Shown piece after piece: positions 14,361 through 22,627 of a DNA stretch of 25,501 nt. A program made the translations under genes and the position numbers. Origin of the DNA: a virus (taxonomy: Duplodnaviria; Caudoviricetes); the IMG/VR virus record IMGVR_UViG_3300032335_000803, positions 1 through 25,501 of that record; one strand, written 5' to 3'. How positions within the stretch are numbered: position 1 is the first letter of the stretch; the number at the start of each line of letters is the position of its first letter. A model generated the notes under the pieces. It did no database searches. It had not been told where the DNA came from and saw only the letters and a list, made by a program, of their open reading frames with translations.

Positions 14361-14632
14361 GCACCGAGGCAATCGTGAAGAAGCTCCGGTCGCTGGCCCG
14401 CTGGCACACCGAGGCTGCCGAGCAGGCCGAGACGATAGAGATGGCCGAGCTCATCATGGAGCAACGCCGCTGGATCGTCACGGCACGCAAGCACGTCGAG
14501 GAGTTGGCCACCGTCAACGACGAGTTGCGTCAGCGGCTCGTGCGGCAGGCGTGCTACTTCGAGCGGATTGAAGCGACGAACGAGCCACGCTGGCCGCTTA
14601 TGGAAGGCGACGATCCGGGGGCCGCACTATGA
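14357..14632 (+). CDS. Hypothetical coiled-coil protein
   Basis: ATGA overlaps at both ends; 91 aa. Confidence 0.65.
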   Translation: MSTEAIVKKLRSLARWHTEAAEQAETIEMAELIMEQRRWIVTARKHVEELATVNDELRQRLVRQACYFERIEATNEPRWPLMEGDDPGAAL

Positions 14633-14880
14633 CGCTCACCGATTTTGTCTGGATCGCAGTTGGCGAAACACTTCTCGCGGCCACGTTTGGCCTTGGGATT
14701 TTGGTGGGGATTTCAATCACGAAAAGGATTTCAAATGACAACCGCAACGAAAGAAAGACGCCGGACAGCTACTGGCACAACGCTGACCACGCAAACGCTT
14801 CGAGCCGCCCTGGCGGTAGTGCTGCGGGCGGTGCCGACACGGGGCACCAAGCCAATCATGCAAAACGTCCGACTCGGTGA
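14629..14880 (+). CDS. Small single-pass membrane protein overlapping the dnaN-like gene
   Basis: ATGA-coupled start, hydrophobic N-terminus (FVWIAVGETLLAATFGLGILVGISI). The 3' 146 nt overlap the next gene. Confidence 0.45.
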   Translation: MTLTDFVWIAVGETLLAATFGLGILVGISITKRISNDNRNERKTPDSYWHNADHANASSRPGGSAAGGADTGHQANHAKRPTR

Positions 14881-15862
14881 CGGCCTGCTGACGGGATCTG
14901 ACCTTGAGGTTCGCATTGACCGCGAGATCGAATATCACGGCGAGCCCATGCTGTTGCCGGCCCATAGGCTCTCGGCCATCCTGCGTGCCGCCACGGGCGA
15001 CGAGGTGTACCTGACCGCCAAGGATGCCACCGTCACGGTTCGCTGCGGTGCGGGCTCGTGGACGCTGCCCACTGAGGACGTTGCCGAGTACCCGCACTGG
15101 GAGCCTGAGGATCTGAAGGCCTTGTGTCGTCTGCCGGCGGACCAGTTCGGGCGTGCCGCCAAGGCCACGACGTACGCCGCAGACAGCGAGTCGAGTCGTT
15201 ACGCCCTGGGTGGCGTGCTGTTGGACGTGACGCCGACCGACGATGGCTCGATGCAAAAATGGGTGGCCACTGACGGCCGCCGCCTGGCGTGCGTGGAGAC
15301 TGAGTCCGACCAGGCGGTGGACGCCTCGCAGACCATCGTGCCTGGTCGGCTCATGTCTGCCGTTGCGAGCCTGGCCATGGGTGACGGCTCTGTGCAGATC
15401 GAGGCCAACGCCAAAGAGATCCGATTTACCCTGGACGGCTGCACCGTCACGGGCCGGCTGTTGGAAGGACGCTTCCCTCGGTGGCGTGACGTTGTGGGCG
15501 AGCCGGAGGGTGAGCCATCGGTGATCGACTGCGTGGAGTTGCTCCAGGCCGTCAACGCTGCGGCCATCGTCACCAGTGAGCAGTCGAAGGGCGTCACTCT
15601 GGATTGGACCAGCGGCACGCTGGTGCTGGCTGGCCGCTCGAGCGAGTACGGCGAGAGCCTTTGCCACTGCCCGACGATTGCGGCCGGCACGACGGCGAGC
15701 ACCAGGCTGGATCCGCAGTACATGGCCCAGTTCTTGTCGCACCTGCCGGCGGACGAAGAGCCGCACGTCGATGTGTACGTCAAGGACGCTCAGAGCCGTG
15801 TACTGCTGCGTTGCGGCACCTACACGGGCGTCATCATGCCACTCGCAGCGGATGGTGGCTGA
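14735..15862 (+). CDS. dnaN: DNA polymerase III beta sliding clamp homolog
   Basis: 375 aa. GSDLEV, SRYALGGVLL, VATDGRRLA, GRLLEGRFPRWRDVV and terminal VIMPL are DnaN hallmarks. AAAGGA RBS before the ATG at 14735. Confidence 0.9.
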   Translation: MTTATKERRRTATGTTLTTQTLRAALAVVLRAVPTRGTKPIMQNVRLGDGLLTGSDLEVRIDREIEYHGEPMLLPAHRLSAILRAATGDEVYLTAKDATVTVRCGAGSWTLPTEDVAEYPHWEPEDLKALCRLPADQFGRAAKATTYAADSESSRYALGGVLLDVTPTDDGSMQKWVATDGRRLACVETESDQAVDASQTIVPGRLMSAVASLAMGDGSVQIEANAKEIRFTLDGCTVTGRLLEGRFPRWRDVVGEPEGEPSVIDCVELLQAVNAAAIVTSEQSKGVTLDWTSGTLVLAGRSSEYGESLCHCPTIAAGTTASTRLDPQYMAQFLSHLPADEEPHVDVYVKDAQSRVLLRCGTYTGVIMPLAADGG

Positions 15863-16302
15863 TGGCGAAGCGCAAGATTCTGGACTTCGCTGCGATCAAG
15901 AGGCTGCGGGATCTGGGCGTGACCAACGGTCAGATCGCCAAGCAGTTGGGCTGCGGCGAGACAGCGGTGACTGATGCGGTGCGTCGTTTTGGGTGGCCAC
16001 GAAAGACGACAGGCCAGCGGGTGGATGTGGACGTGCCAAAGCTGTTTTTGCTGTGGCACACCCAGGCGACGCTTGCGGAGATTGCCGAGCAGCTGGGGTG
16101 CAAGGTCACGACGTTGTGGACGTTGAAGAAGCGGCACAAGTTGCCACCCAAGCGGCGGCCAGACGGGTCGAGCATCAGCGATCCGACGCCGCAGCAGATT
16201 GAGGAACGTGCAAGGGACTGTAGAGAGCTGCACTACGCAAAGCGACGAGGCGAAAGTGACTCGACTACCAAGGGCCGGCTGTGGAAAGGGGATGTAGCAT
16301 GA
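15862..16302 (+). CDS. Tandem-HTH protein with a DPTPxxI motif
   Basis: TGATG coupling. Two HTH units (VTNGQIAKQLGCGETAV; TLAEIAEQLGCKVTTL). Confidence 0.7.
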   Translation: MAKRKILDFAAIKRLRDLGVTNGQIAKQLGCGETAVTDAVRRFGWPRKTTGQRVDVDVPKLFLLWHTQATLAEIAEQLGCKVTTLWTLKKRHKLPPKRRPDGSSISDPTPQQIEERARDCRELHYAKRRGESDSTTKGRLWKGDVA

Positions 16303-16745
16303 CCTTGCCCGAGCAGAGCGACCGTGCGGTGGCCCAGACGCGGGAGTTCCTTGTTCGCTTGGCCTCGCCGTATGGCGAAGGTGCGATCAAGGGGATTCGC
16401 AGGGAGGTGCGGGCCGAGGCATCGCGGTTGCTTCGGCACTATCCGTATGCAACAAGCGACGAAAAGCGTGGTGTTGGTGATATGAGTGGGGCGAGCGACA
16501 TCGTGACCCGGTTGAGAAACTGGCGAACTGTGCATCTGGCGAGGCTGCACCTACTCATGGACGAGGCTGCTGACGAGATGGAGCGGCTGTGTCAAGTTTT
16601 GTCCGAGAAAAACCATTATCCGGATCTGGACAATGCGGCGGCACAGGACATTCTTACCGACGAGGAGCGGGAGGCGATTGCGTTTTTCGCCCGTGACAAC
16701 TGGGCGATGTCCCCCGTGCTTCGCTCGCTGCTGGAGAGACTTTAG
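16299..16745 (+). CDS. Hypothetical protein (apparent mosaic of small phage modules)
   Basis: ATGA overlap at 16299; 148 aa with three distinct segments. Confidence 0.55.
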   Translation: MTLPEQSDRAVAQTREFLVRLASPYGEGAIKGIRREVRAEASRLLRHYPYATSDEKRGVGDMSGASDIVTRLRNWRTVHLARLHLLMDEAADEMERLCQVLSEKNHYPDLDNAAAQDILTDEEREAIAFFARDNWAMSPVLRSLLERL

Positions 16746-16752
16746 TTTCGTT

Positions 16753-16803
16753 GCGCCCGCTATGCCGTGGGTATATCGGCGGAGCGCACGGCAAAGCGGA
16801 CGC
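16753..16803. terminator. Imperfect long hairpin ending the early operon
   Basis: GCG.CCGCT / AGCGG.CGC outer stem and TGCCGTG / CACGGCA inner stem. No U-tract. Confidence 0.4.
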
Positions 16804-16837
16804 CCTGTCGCCTTGACAGGGTTGCCACCATGCGTGC

Positions 16838-17236
16838 ATGGCTATCACGTTCACCGTGCCGGGCAACCCTGTGCCGCAGCCACGAGTGCGAGTCTCTACC
16901 CGTGGCGGCTTCGCTCGTGCGTACGTGCCGAGCAAACACCCCGTGCATGACTACCGCACGCAGCTGGCTGTCGCTGCTCGTCTCGCTGGCCTGACGCCAA
17001 CGGGCGAGCCGCTCGATGTCGTGATTGACGCCGTCTTTCAGCGTCCCAAGTCGCACATGCGGAAGGCCGGCGTTAAGCCGACGGCACCGCGCTTGCCACG
17101 CCCGGACGTGGACAACGTCGCCAAGGCGGTACTCGACTCGCTGCAAGACGTGATTGGCGATGACACCATGGTCGCCCGCCTGGTTGTGGAAAAGTCATGG
17201 GGAGCGGAGGCACGAACGACCGTGCGGATCACGTGA
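16838..17236 (+). CDS. rusA: RusA-family Holliday junction resolvase
   Basis: FTVPGNPVPQPR...RPDVDNVAKAVLDSL...DD..V..L.VEK, the canonical RusA DxDN/DD motifs. Confidence 0.9.
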   Translation: MAITFTVPGNPVPQPRVRVSTRGGFARAYVPSKHPVHDYRTQLAVAARLAGLTPTGEPLDVVIDAVFQRPKSHMRKAGVKPTAPRLPRPDVDNVAKAVLDSLQDVIGDDTMVARLVVEKSWGAEARTTVRIT

Positions 17237-17901
17237 ACGAAACGCAGTACGACGTGTTTGCGGATTACGAGCGGCACAGCCTTGGGCTGATGAGTTCGCA
17301 CACCTACGAGGTGGACGCCAAGCGGCTCGGGTTTACGCTGGCCCGCTACAAGTTTGCGGCCCGTGTTCTCACCGGCTGCGATTGGGTGCTCGAGGTGGGC
17401 TGTGGCGATGCGTTCGCAACCCGTGTCGTTGCCCAGGCCGTCGGGCACGTAATGGCGACTGACTTTGACGTTGCGTTTATTCACGAAGCCTGCAGCCGAC
17501 AGCAGCCATCCAGCGTCTTGTTCATGCAGCATGACATGGTGGCCGGGCCACGCTACGTGCCTGATCGCCTGCCCAAGACGTTTGACGCCGCCTATGCACT
17601 TGACGTGCTTGAGCACATCCGCCCAGAGCATGAGGGTGCGTTTCTTGGCAACGTCGCCATGAGCATTGGCGAGCACGGCACGTTTGTGTGTGGCATGCCG
17701 TCCCTTGAGTCGCAGCCCCATGCGTCAGAGTTGAGCCGGGCCGGGCATGTGAACTGCAAGACCGAGGACGATCTGCGGGCAACGCTCAAGCGGTGCTGGC
17801 GCAACGTCTTCGTGTTTGGCATGAACGACGAGACGCTACACACCGGCTATGGCCCGATGTGCCACTACCGTTTGGCAGTCTGTACGGGGGCCAAGCTGTG
17901 A
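17233..17901 (+). CDS. Class I SAM-dependent methyltransferase (small-molecule/glycan type)
   Basis: ARYKFA...VLEVGCGDA...FDAAYALDVLEHI. GTGA overlap. No DPPY/NPPY or PC DNA-methyltransferase motif. Confidence 0.85.
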   Translation: MNETQYDVFADYERHSLGLMSSHTYEVDAKRLGFTLARYKFAARVLTGCDWVLEVGCGDAFATRVVAQAVGHVMATDFDVAFIHEACSRQQPSSVLFMQHDMVAGPRYVPDRLPKTFDAAYALDVLEHIRPEHEGAFLGNVAMSIGEHGTFVCGMPSLESQPHASELSRAGHVNCKTEDDLRATLKRCWRNVFVFGMNDETLHTGYGPMCHYRLAVCTGAKL

Positions 17902-18671
17902 GCGTGTCGGTCGTGATCCCGACGCACAACAGGGCGGCCACGCTCAGCCGTGCCATTGTTTCGGCAGCCATGCAGAATCCGGTGGAGGTGCTCGTCATTG
18001 ACGACGCCAGCACTGATGACACGCCCGGCATCGTAGAGCAGCTGCGTGGCGTGTATCCGTGCGTCCGCCTGCACCGTCACGAAACAAAGTCCGACGATTG
18101 GCAGCAGGCCGCATCGGCTCTTTACCCAACCCTCGTCGGCAACCAGGTCATCATGATGGGGGCCGACGACACGTTGGCTGTTGGCGTCGTGGACAGCGTC
18201 TGCCGTCACGAAGATGCCGCCGTGGTGTTCCATGACTACAACGTCGCTGACGCCAGCGGAACGCTCACGGGCTCAGTGACGCAAGGCTACGACACTGCCG
18301 TAGGCACTCGGCTCACGCCGGAGCAAATGCGTCACCGGCTGCGAGAGCGTCCCCATGCTACAGAGACGGGCATTGGCTCGGGCATCCGCCGTGATTGCCT
18401 GCTGTGGCTCAACAGCCTGCAGTGGTGGCGTATGGGGCCGTGGAGTGATGCCATTGGCTATGCAGCTGTTGGCGTACGGCATGGTGCCGTATACGTCGCT
18501 GGCTCTGGGGCCACATTCACCGTTGACGATGGCGGCTACGGACACCAACACCGCACCGGGCCTCGTGCCGCCGAGTACCACGTTGCCATCTGGGAGTTTC
18601 TAGGAAAGGCCGGCATCCCGTTTAGCGTCGCCGCTGCGATCTGCACCAAGCGTGGAGTGCCATATGCCTAG
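17898..18671 (+). CDS. Glycosyltransferase family 2
   Basis: VSVVIPTHNRAATLSRAIVS...EVLVIDDASTDDT...GADD. Confidence 0.85.
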   Translation: MSVSVVIPTHNRAATLSRAIVSAAMQNPVEVLVIDDASTDDTPGIVEQLRGVYPCVRLHRHETKSDDWQQAASALYPTLVGNQVIMMGADDTLAVGVVDSVCRHEDAAVVFHDYNVADASGTLTGSVTQGYDTAVGTRLTPEQMRHRLRERPHATETGIGSGIRRDCLLWLNSLQWWRMGPWSDAIGYAAVGVRHGAVYVAGSGATFTVDDGGYGHQHRTGPRAAEYHVAIWEFLGKAGIPFSVAAAICTKRGVPYA

Positions 18672-19578
18672 CGTCGGACTGCCTGCCAACCTGTGGTATC
18701 CGCACCATGCGTTTGGCGAGGCGTTTGATGAGCGGCACGCCGAGGGCCTTGAGCGGCTGCGGCATTCGTCCATCGCTGTCGTTGGGCTTGCCCGCAACTG
18801 CGGGCCACAACTTGCCGACAACCTACAGAGACTTCACGGGCTCGCCAGCATGTGCAAGTCGTGGCAGCTGCACATTGAGAGCAACGACTGCGACGATGAC
18901 ACGCTAGACGTGCTGGCGAAGTTCTCGCGGGAGCACCGGCAGGCGACGTTTCACTACCAGATGCTAGGGCGTGGCCATCACCCAGGAGAGTTTGGAGGCC
19001 GCCGCACGATCGCCCTGGCTGAGTATCGTGCTGCCTGCCAGCGGTGGGTGCGGGCTTGTGCTGCCGATGCCGACTATGTCGTGGTCATGGACTTTGACTC
19101 TTGGGGCGGCTTCTCACTACACGGCCTAGTTAACGGCATCGGCTGGCTCGTTGAGTTGCACGGTGCCTACGCCATGTCGAGCGTGTCCCTGTTTCAGCAC
19201 AACTTTGGCAACGGCATTGACTGGTATCACTACGACCTCTGGGCCTTGCGTGGCGTAGGCCAGGCCGAGTGCTATTTCGACACGTACCAAAATGGGTACG
19301 GCGGGTTTGGCTACACGTGGCTGCCGCCTATTGGCTCACCGCCCGTGCTGGTCTCGTCGGCGTTCGGCGGCATGACGATCTACCGCACTGATGCGTTTCT
19401 GGCAGGCACCTACGACGGCACTGCCGACTGTGAGCACGTGCCGTTTCACAAGTCCATTGCCAAGGCCACGGGCCAGCACCTGTTCCTAAATCCCTCTCAG
19501 CGGTGCGTCATGCACTGGATGGAGGCGAGCGATGGGCACTGTATCGACGGCGTGCCAGACGCTGCAAGCAACGCTTAG
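18664..19578 (+). CDS. GT-A fold glycosyltransferase (Cap59/Anp1-like pattern)
   Basis: VVGLARNC, ESND..DDT, LAEYR, DYVVVMDFD (DxD), YDLWALR, VSSAFGGMTIY, CEHVPFH. Confidence 0.7.
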   Translation: MPSVGLPANLWYPHHAFGEAFDERHAEGLERLRHSSIAVVGLARNCGPQLADNLQRLHGLASMCKSWQLHIESNDCDDDTLDVLAKFSREHRQATFHYQMLGRGHHPGEFGGRRTIALAEYRAACQRWVRACAADADYVVVMDFDSWGGFSLHGLVNGIGWLVELHGAYAMSSVSLFQHNFGNGIDWYHYDLWALRGVGQAECYFDTYQNGYGGFGYTWLPPIGSPPVLVSSAFGGMTIYRTDAFLAGTYDGTADCEHVPFHKSIAKATGQHLFLNPSQRCVMHWMEASDGHCIDGVPDAASNA

Positions 19579-19912
19579 GCAGATCTGGGCCACGGGCTCC
19601 ACGTACGCCGAGATGACGATGTTTCTGGGCGTGAGCAGGGACCAGATCACGCGGCTGCGTGATCGCCTCGGGCTTCCTGTGCGTCACGACCGTAGCCAAC
19701 GCAAGAAGGGGAAGAGACACGCTGACCCAACGCCCCAGGAGATTTCCGCCAGGGCTGCCGAGATGCGAGCCAAGCACATGGCGACCCGGATGGCAGAGCC
19801 GCCCAGGGCGTACCGCACCGTCACAGAGACGGTGATGTTCCGGGTTGAGCGTTCGCACGACCTGCGAAACGACCCGCTGGAGGAGCTGCTGGACAACTGC
19901 GGCGATCCATGA
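19532..19912 (+). CDS. HTH protein with a DPTPxxI motif (paralog of 15862..16302)
   Basis: LRQIWATGSTYAEMTMFLGVSRDQITRLRDRLGLP...DPTPQEISARA. GGAGG RBS. Confidence 0.65.
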   Translation: MGTVSTACQTLQATLRQIWATGSTYAEMTMFLGVSRDQITRLRDRLGLPVRHDRSQRKKGKRHADPTPQEISARAAEMRAKHMATRMAEPPRAYRTVTETVMFRVERSHDLRNDPLEELLDNCGDP

Positions 19913-19914
19913 CA

Positions 19915-19946
19915 ACTGCAAGAGACGCCTAGGGCAGTGATAGCGT
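19915..19946 (+). promoter_or_regulatory. Putative late promoter, copy 1 (ACTGCAAGAGA-N15-TAGCGT)
   Basis: Same 11-mer, same spacing and same downstream ACCAGAGG as 23660-23701. Confidence 0.55.
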
Positions 19947-19970
19947 GGAACTACCAGAGGAGAAATCGCC

Positions 19971-20273
19971 ATGCCAGCCTATGAAGCCACGCCCGCCGAG
20001 CTTGAGCAGTACGGCAACAAGTTGTCGATCTGGCAGCAGATCCAGCTACTTCAGGCATGGGCGCCGCTCATCGGCTATGGGCAGCGGTTCGTCGCTGAGC
20101 CGGACCCTTACAAGCGGGGCCTCGTCATTAGCGAAGCCGCAGAGTGGCTTGCATCCAAGACGAACGCTACGGCCGACGACCAGCTGGTGAAACTGCTGGC
20201 CGACCTGCTCAAGACGCCGCAGGGAGAAGCCATTGTGCGTTGGTGCCTGCTCCAAGTGGAGGCCGCCCGGTGA
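19971..20273 (+). CDS. Hypothetical helical protein
   Basis: GAGGAG RBS; 100 aa; first gene of the late cassette. Confidence 0.7.
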   Translation: MPAYEATPAELEQYGNKLSIWQQIQLLQAWAPLIGYGQRFVAEPDPYKRGLVISEAAEWLASKTNATADDQLVKLLADLLKTPQGEAIVRWCLLQVEAAR

Positions 20274-20878
20274 GCAATGACGCCATATTTCGCACCGTCG
20301 CCCTGGTGGCGGCAGCTGCTCTACTCGCTGCGCCGTATCGGCAGCACGTCATGGGCTGGCTCGCAAAGGCCGCCCAGGCCGCCAAGGCCCACCAAGCCCT
20401 CGCAGGCAGGATCGCAGCCGCCGCCCTCTTGATCGCCGCCGCGTGGGGCAAGATCCCCATGCCAACGCTGCCGACAGCCCCAGCCGTGACCGTAGTGGTG
20501 GAGACTCCAACCGTGGAGATGCAGACGTTGGTGCGTCCCGTGGCTGATGCCATGAAGTCCATGCCGCAGGGCGACCGCATGCTCTGGGCTTCGACGTGGA
20601 ACAAGTGTGCCGTAGTTGTGGCCGGCGACGCAGTTACCACCGAAGTCGTCTTCACTGACACCCGCAGCCTTCGCCTCTTCACCACGCTCGCCATCGACAT
20701 CGCTTGGCGTCGCATCGGCCAGAACACGCCCGGCAGCAATGAGTCGCTCAGGACCGCCGTGGAGGCCGCTTACGGGCAGGCAATCGGCACCGAGGTGGTG
20801 CCAGTCACTGCGGACGTGCGAGCCCGCTACGCGGCGTTTGCAAGGGCTGTGGCATGGGCCGGCGTCAACGGGGGCTGA
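20270..20878 (+). CDS. Membrane protein (two N-terminal hydrophobic helices plus a soluble domain)
   Basis: GTGA overlap. VALVAAAALLAAP and IAAAALLIAAAWG segments followed by a P/T linker. Confidence 0.65.
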   Translation: MSNDAIFRTVALVAAAALLAAPYRQHVMGWLAKAAQAAKAHQALAGRIAAAALLIAAAWGKIPMPTLPTAPAVTVVVETPTVEMQTLVRPVADAMKSMPQGDRMLWASTWNKCAVVVAGDAVTTEVVFTDTRSLRLFTTLAIDIAWRRIGQNTPGSNESLRTAVEAAYGQAIGTEVVPVTADVRARYAAFARAVAWAGVNGG

Positions 20879-20881
20879 CGC

Positions 20882-21799
20882 ATGGCTGCATTCGTACCGC
20901 TCTTCGGCTACAGCCCTGACCGGGCAGGCACGACAGCTTTTCTTTCGTCGCTTGCCAAGCCAACGCTGGCCCAGGCCGGGCCGGATCTTGCCCTAGACGA
21001 GTCGCGTGACGTGTTCCTGGGCTCTGCCCTGCTGAGCGTCGCGCCCGACTGGAAGCGTGGGGCCCAAAAGATTGGATCGTGCGTCGGCTGGGGCTGGGCT
21101 CTGTCGTGCGACATCCTGGCGGCCTGCGACATCCTGCTACGAAACGAGGCCGAGACGTACGGCGGGCGGGTGCTCGAGGCGAGCGTGTACGGTTTTAGCC
21201 GTGTTGAGGTGCGTGGCGGTCGCAACCTCGGGGGCGACGGCTCGTATGGCGGTGCTGCGGCCAAGGCCGTCACGAAGTACGGCACGCTCCACTACGGCCA
21301 GGACTACGGCGGCCAGCGATTCACTGACAACAACGGCACCCGTGAGAAAACTTGGGGCCGAGACGGTGTGCCCGACTCGCTGGAGAAGTACGCCGCAGAG
21401 CACAAGGTGGAGTCAGTCGCACTCGTCAAGTCTTTCGAGGATGCTGCCAAATCGATCCAGAACGGCTACCCGGTGGCCGTTTGCAGCGGGATGGGGTTCT
21501 CCATGACCCTGCGTGATGGCTACATGACGCCGATGGGCGGCTGGGCTCATTGCCAAATGGCAGCAGGCGTCCGCTGGAGTCCAGAGCCTGCCATCCTCGT
21601 CGTGAACTCTTGGGGCGACTGTTACCAAGGGTCGTTCGACAAGAACCTGCCGAAGCAGTTCCAGCGTTCTGCCGGATGGGTAAAGGCCAAGGACTTTACT
21701 CGGATGATTGGCCCTGGCGAGGACTCTTTTGCCTTGGCCGGCTACAGCGGATTTAAGCCCAGGACCATGCCCGACAACTGGCTAAGAGGTGTGCTGTGA
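20882..21799 (+). CDS. Papain-like (C1A-type) cysteine peptidase
   Basis: Q-x-x-GSCVGW (oxyanion Gln and catalytic Cys), GWAHCQ (His), VVNSWG (Asn). Confidence 0.8.
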   Translation: MAAFVPLFGYSPDRAGTTAFLSSLAKPTLAQAGPDLALDESRDVFLGSALLSVAPDWKRGAQKIGSCVGWGWALSCDILAACDILLRNEAETYGGRVLEASVYGFSRVEVRGGRNLGGDGSYGGAAAKAVTKYGTLHYGQDYGGQRFTDNNGTREKTWGRDGVPDSLEKYAAEHKVESVALVKSFEDAAKSIQNGYPVAVCSGMGFSMTLRDGYMTPMGGWAHCQMAAGVRWSPEPAILVVNSWGDCYQGSFDKNLPKQFQRSAGWVKAKDFTRMIGPGEDSFALAGYSGFKPRTMPDNWLRGVL

Positions 21800-22065
21800 G
21801 ATTCCTGCTGTGCCTCATGGTCGTGCTAATTGGCTGCGTTGTTTCGCTGCCCGAGGATCACACGCTCTCGGCTGACATCGCGTGCGAGACGGCCCGCATG
21901 GTCACGCAGCTGCGGCACGAGATCGCACCGACGCCGGCCAGCGACAAGTGCGAGAACTGCGACGGCACCGGCAAGATCGGAGACGGCAAGATCGTCATGA
22001 CGTGCCCCATCTGCAAAGGCACCGGGAAGAAGATGAAGAGCGTCTGCAAGGACTGCCCTAAATGA
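21796..22065 (+). CDS. Predicted lipoprotein with a DnaJ-type zinc finger
   Basis: Signal peptide with an LIGC lipobox at residues 11-14. CENCDGTG and CPICKGTG repeats and a terminal CKDC. Confidence 0.7.
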   Translation: MRFLLCLMVVLIGCVVSLPEDHTLSADIACETARMVTQLRHEIAPTPASDKCENCDGTGKIGDGKIVMTCPICKGTGKKMKSVCKDCPK

Positions 22066-22382
22066 CACGCGACAAGCTCATCGCAGCCGTCTGGGCAGAG
22101 CTGCCGGCCTCGAGGTACCTGATTGGCCGCAAGCGTGGCGAACGCATCATTGAGCGAACGCTGAAGCGGTGGCCTGTGCCTGTGCTGTGTCAGTGCGATG
22201 CCCAACAGACCGCCGTGGTAGGCGAGCACCTGGCCCGCACGATTGAGCGGCAAGAGCGGGCCGAGTACGGGATGGGATTCATAGCATCCATCCTGCTGGC
22301 TGCCATCATTGGCGAGATCGTCAAGATTCTCATTCGGCGCTGGCTGGAGAATCGCACAGAGATGCTGGAGGCCGTGCAGTGA
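22062..22382 (+). CDS. Hypothetical protein with a C-terminal hydrophobic helix
   Basis: ATGA overlap; GFIASILLAAIIGEIVKILI. Confidence 0.65.
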   Translation: MTRDKLIAAVWAELPASRYLIGRKRGERIIERTLKRWPVPVLCQCDAQQTAVVGEHLARTIERQERAEYGMGFIASILLAAIIGEIVKILIRRWLENRTEMLEAVQ

Positions 22383-22624
22383 CTGACGCCACGAAAGACA
22401 CCATGCTGTCTGTTCTCCGCGACTACGGCTTCAGCGTTGTCGTCGCCTTAGCCTGCGGCTGGGTGCTGAGGCAGGACGTGTTGCTGCCGCTGGTAGAAGA
22501 GCACAGGGAGTTTGTGAAGAGCCTCAGCGAGACGCAGCGAGAGATCAGCAGCGCGATCAGCGAGCAGACACGCCTGCTGTATGCACTGCAGCCACGAGCC
22601 GGCGAAATGCCGCAGGAGAACTGA
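22379..22624 (+). CDS. Single-TM plus coiled-coil protein (holin- or spanin-like)
   Basis: YGFSVVVALACGWVL followed by an amphipathic coiled segment. GTGA overlap. Confidence 0.55.
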   Translation: MTDATKDTMLSVLRDYGFSVVVALACGWVLRQDVLLPLVEEHREFVKSLSETQREISSAISEQTRLLYALQPRAGEMPQEN

Positions 22625-22627
22625 GCG

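Noticed and set aside
14717-15766. 349-aa minus-strand ORF
   Set aside because: Antisense shadow of the dnaN homolog; Arg/His-rich with no domain signal.
17233-17901. DNA methyltransferase
   Set aside because: No DPPY/NPPY or PCQ catalytic motif. The DVLEH pattern and glycosyltransferase neighbours indicate a small-molecule or glycan methyltransferase.
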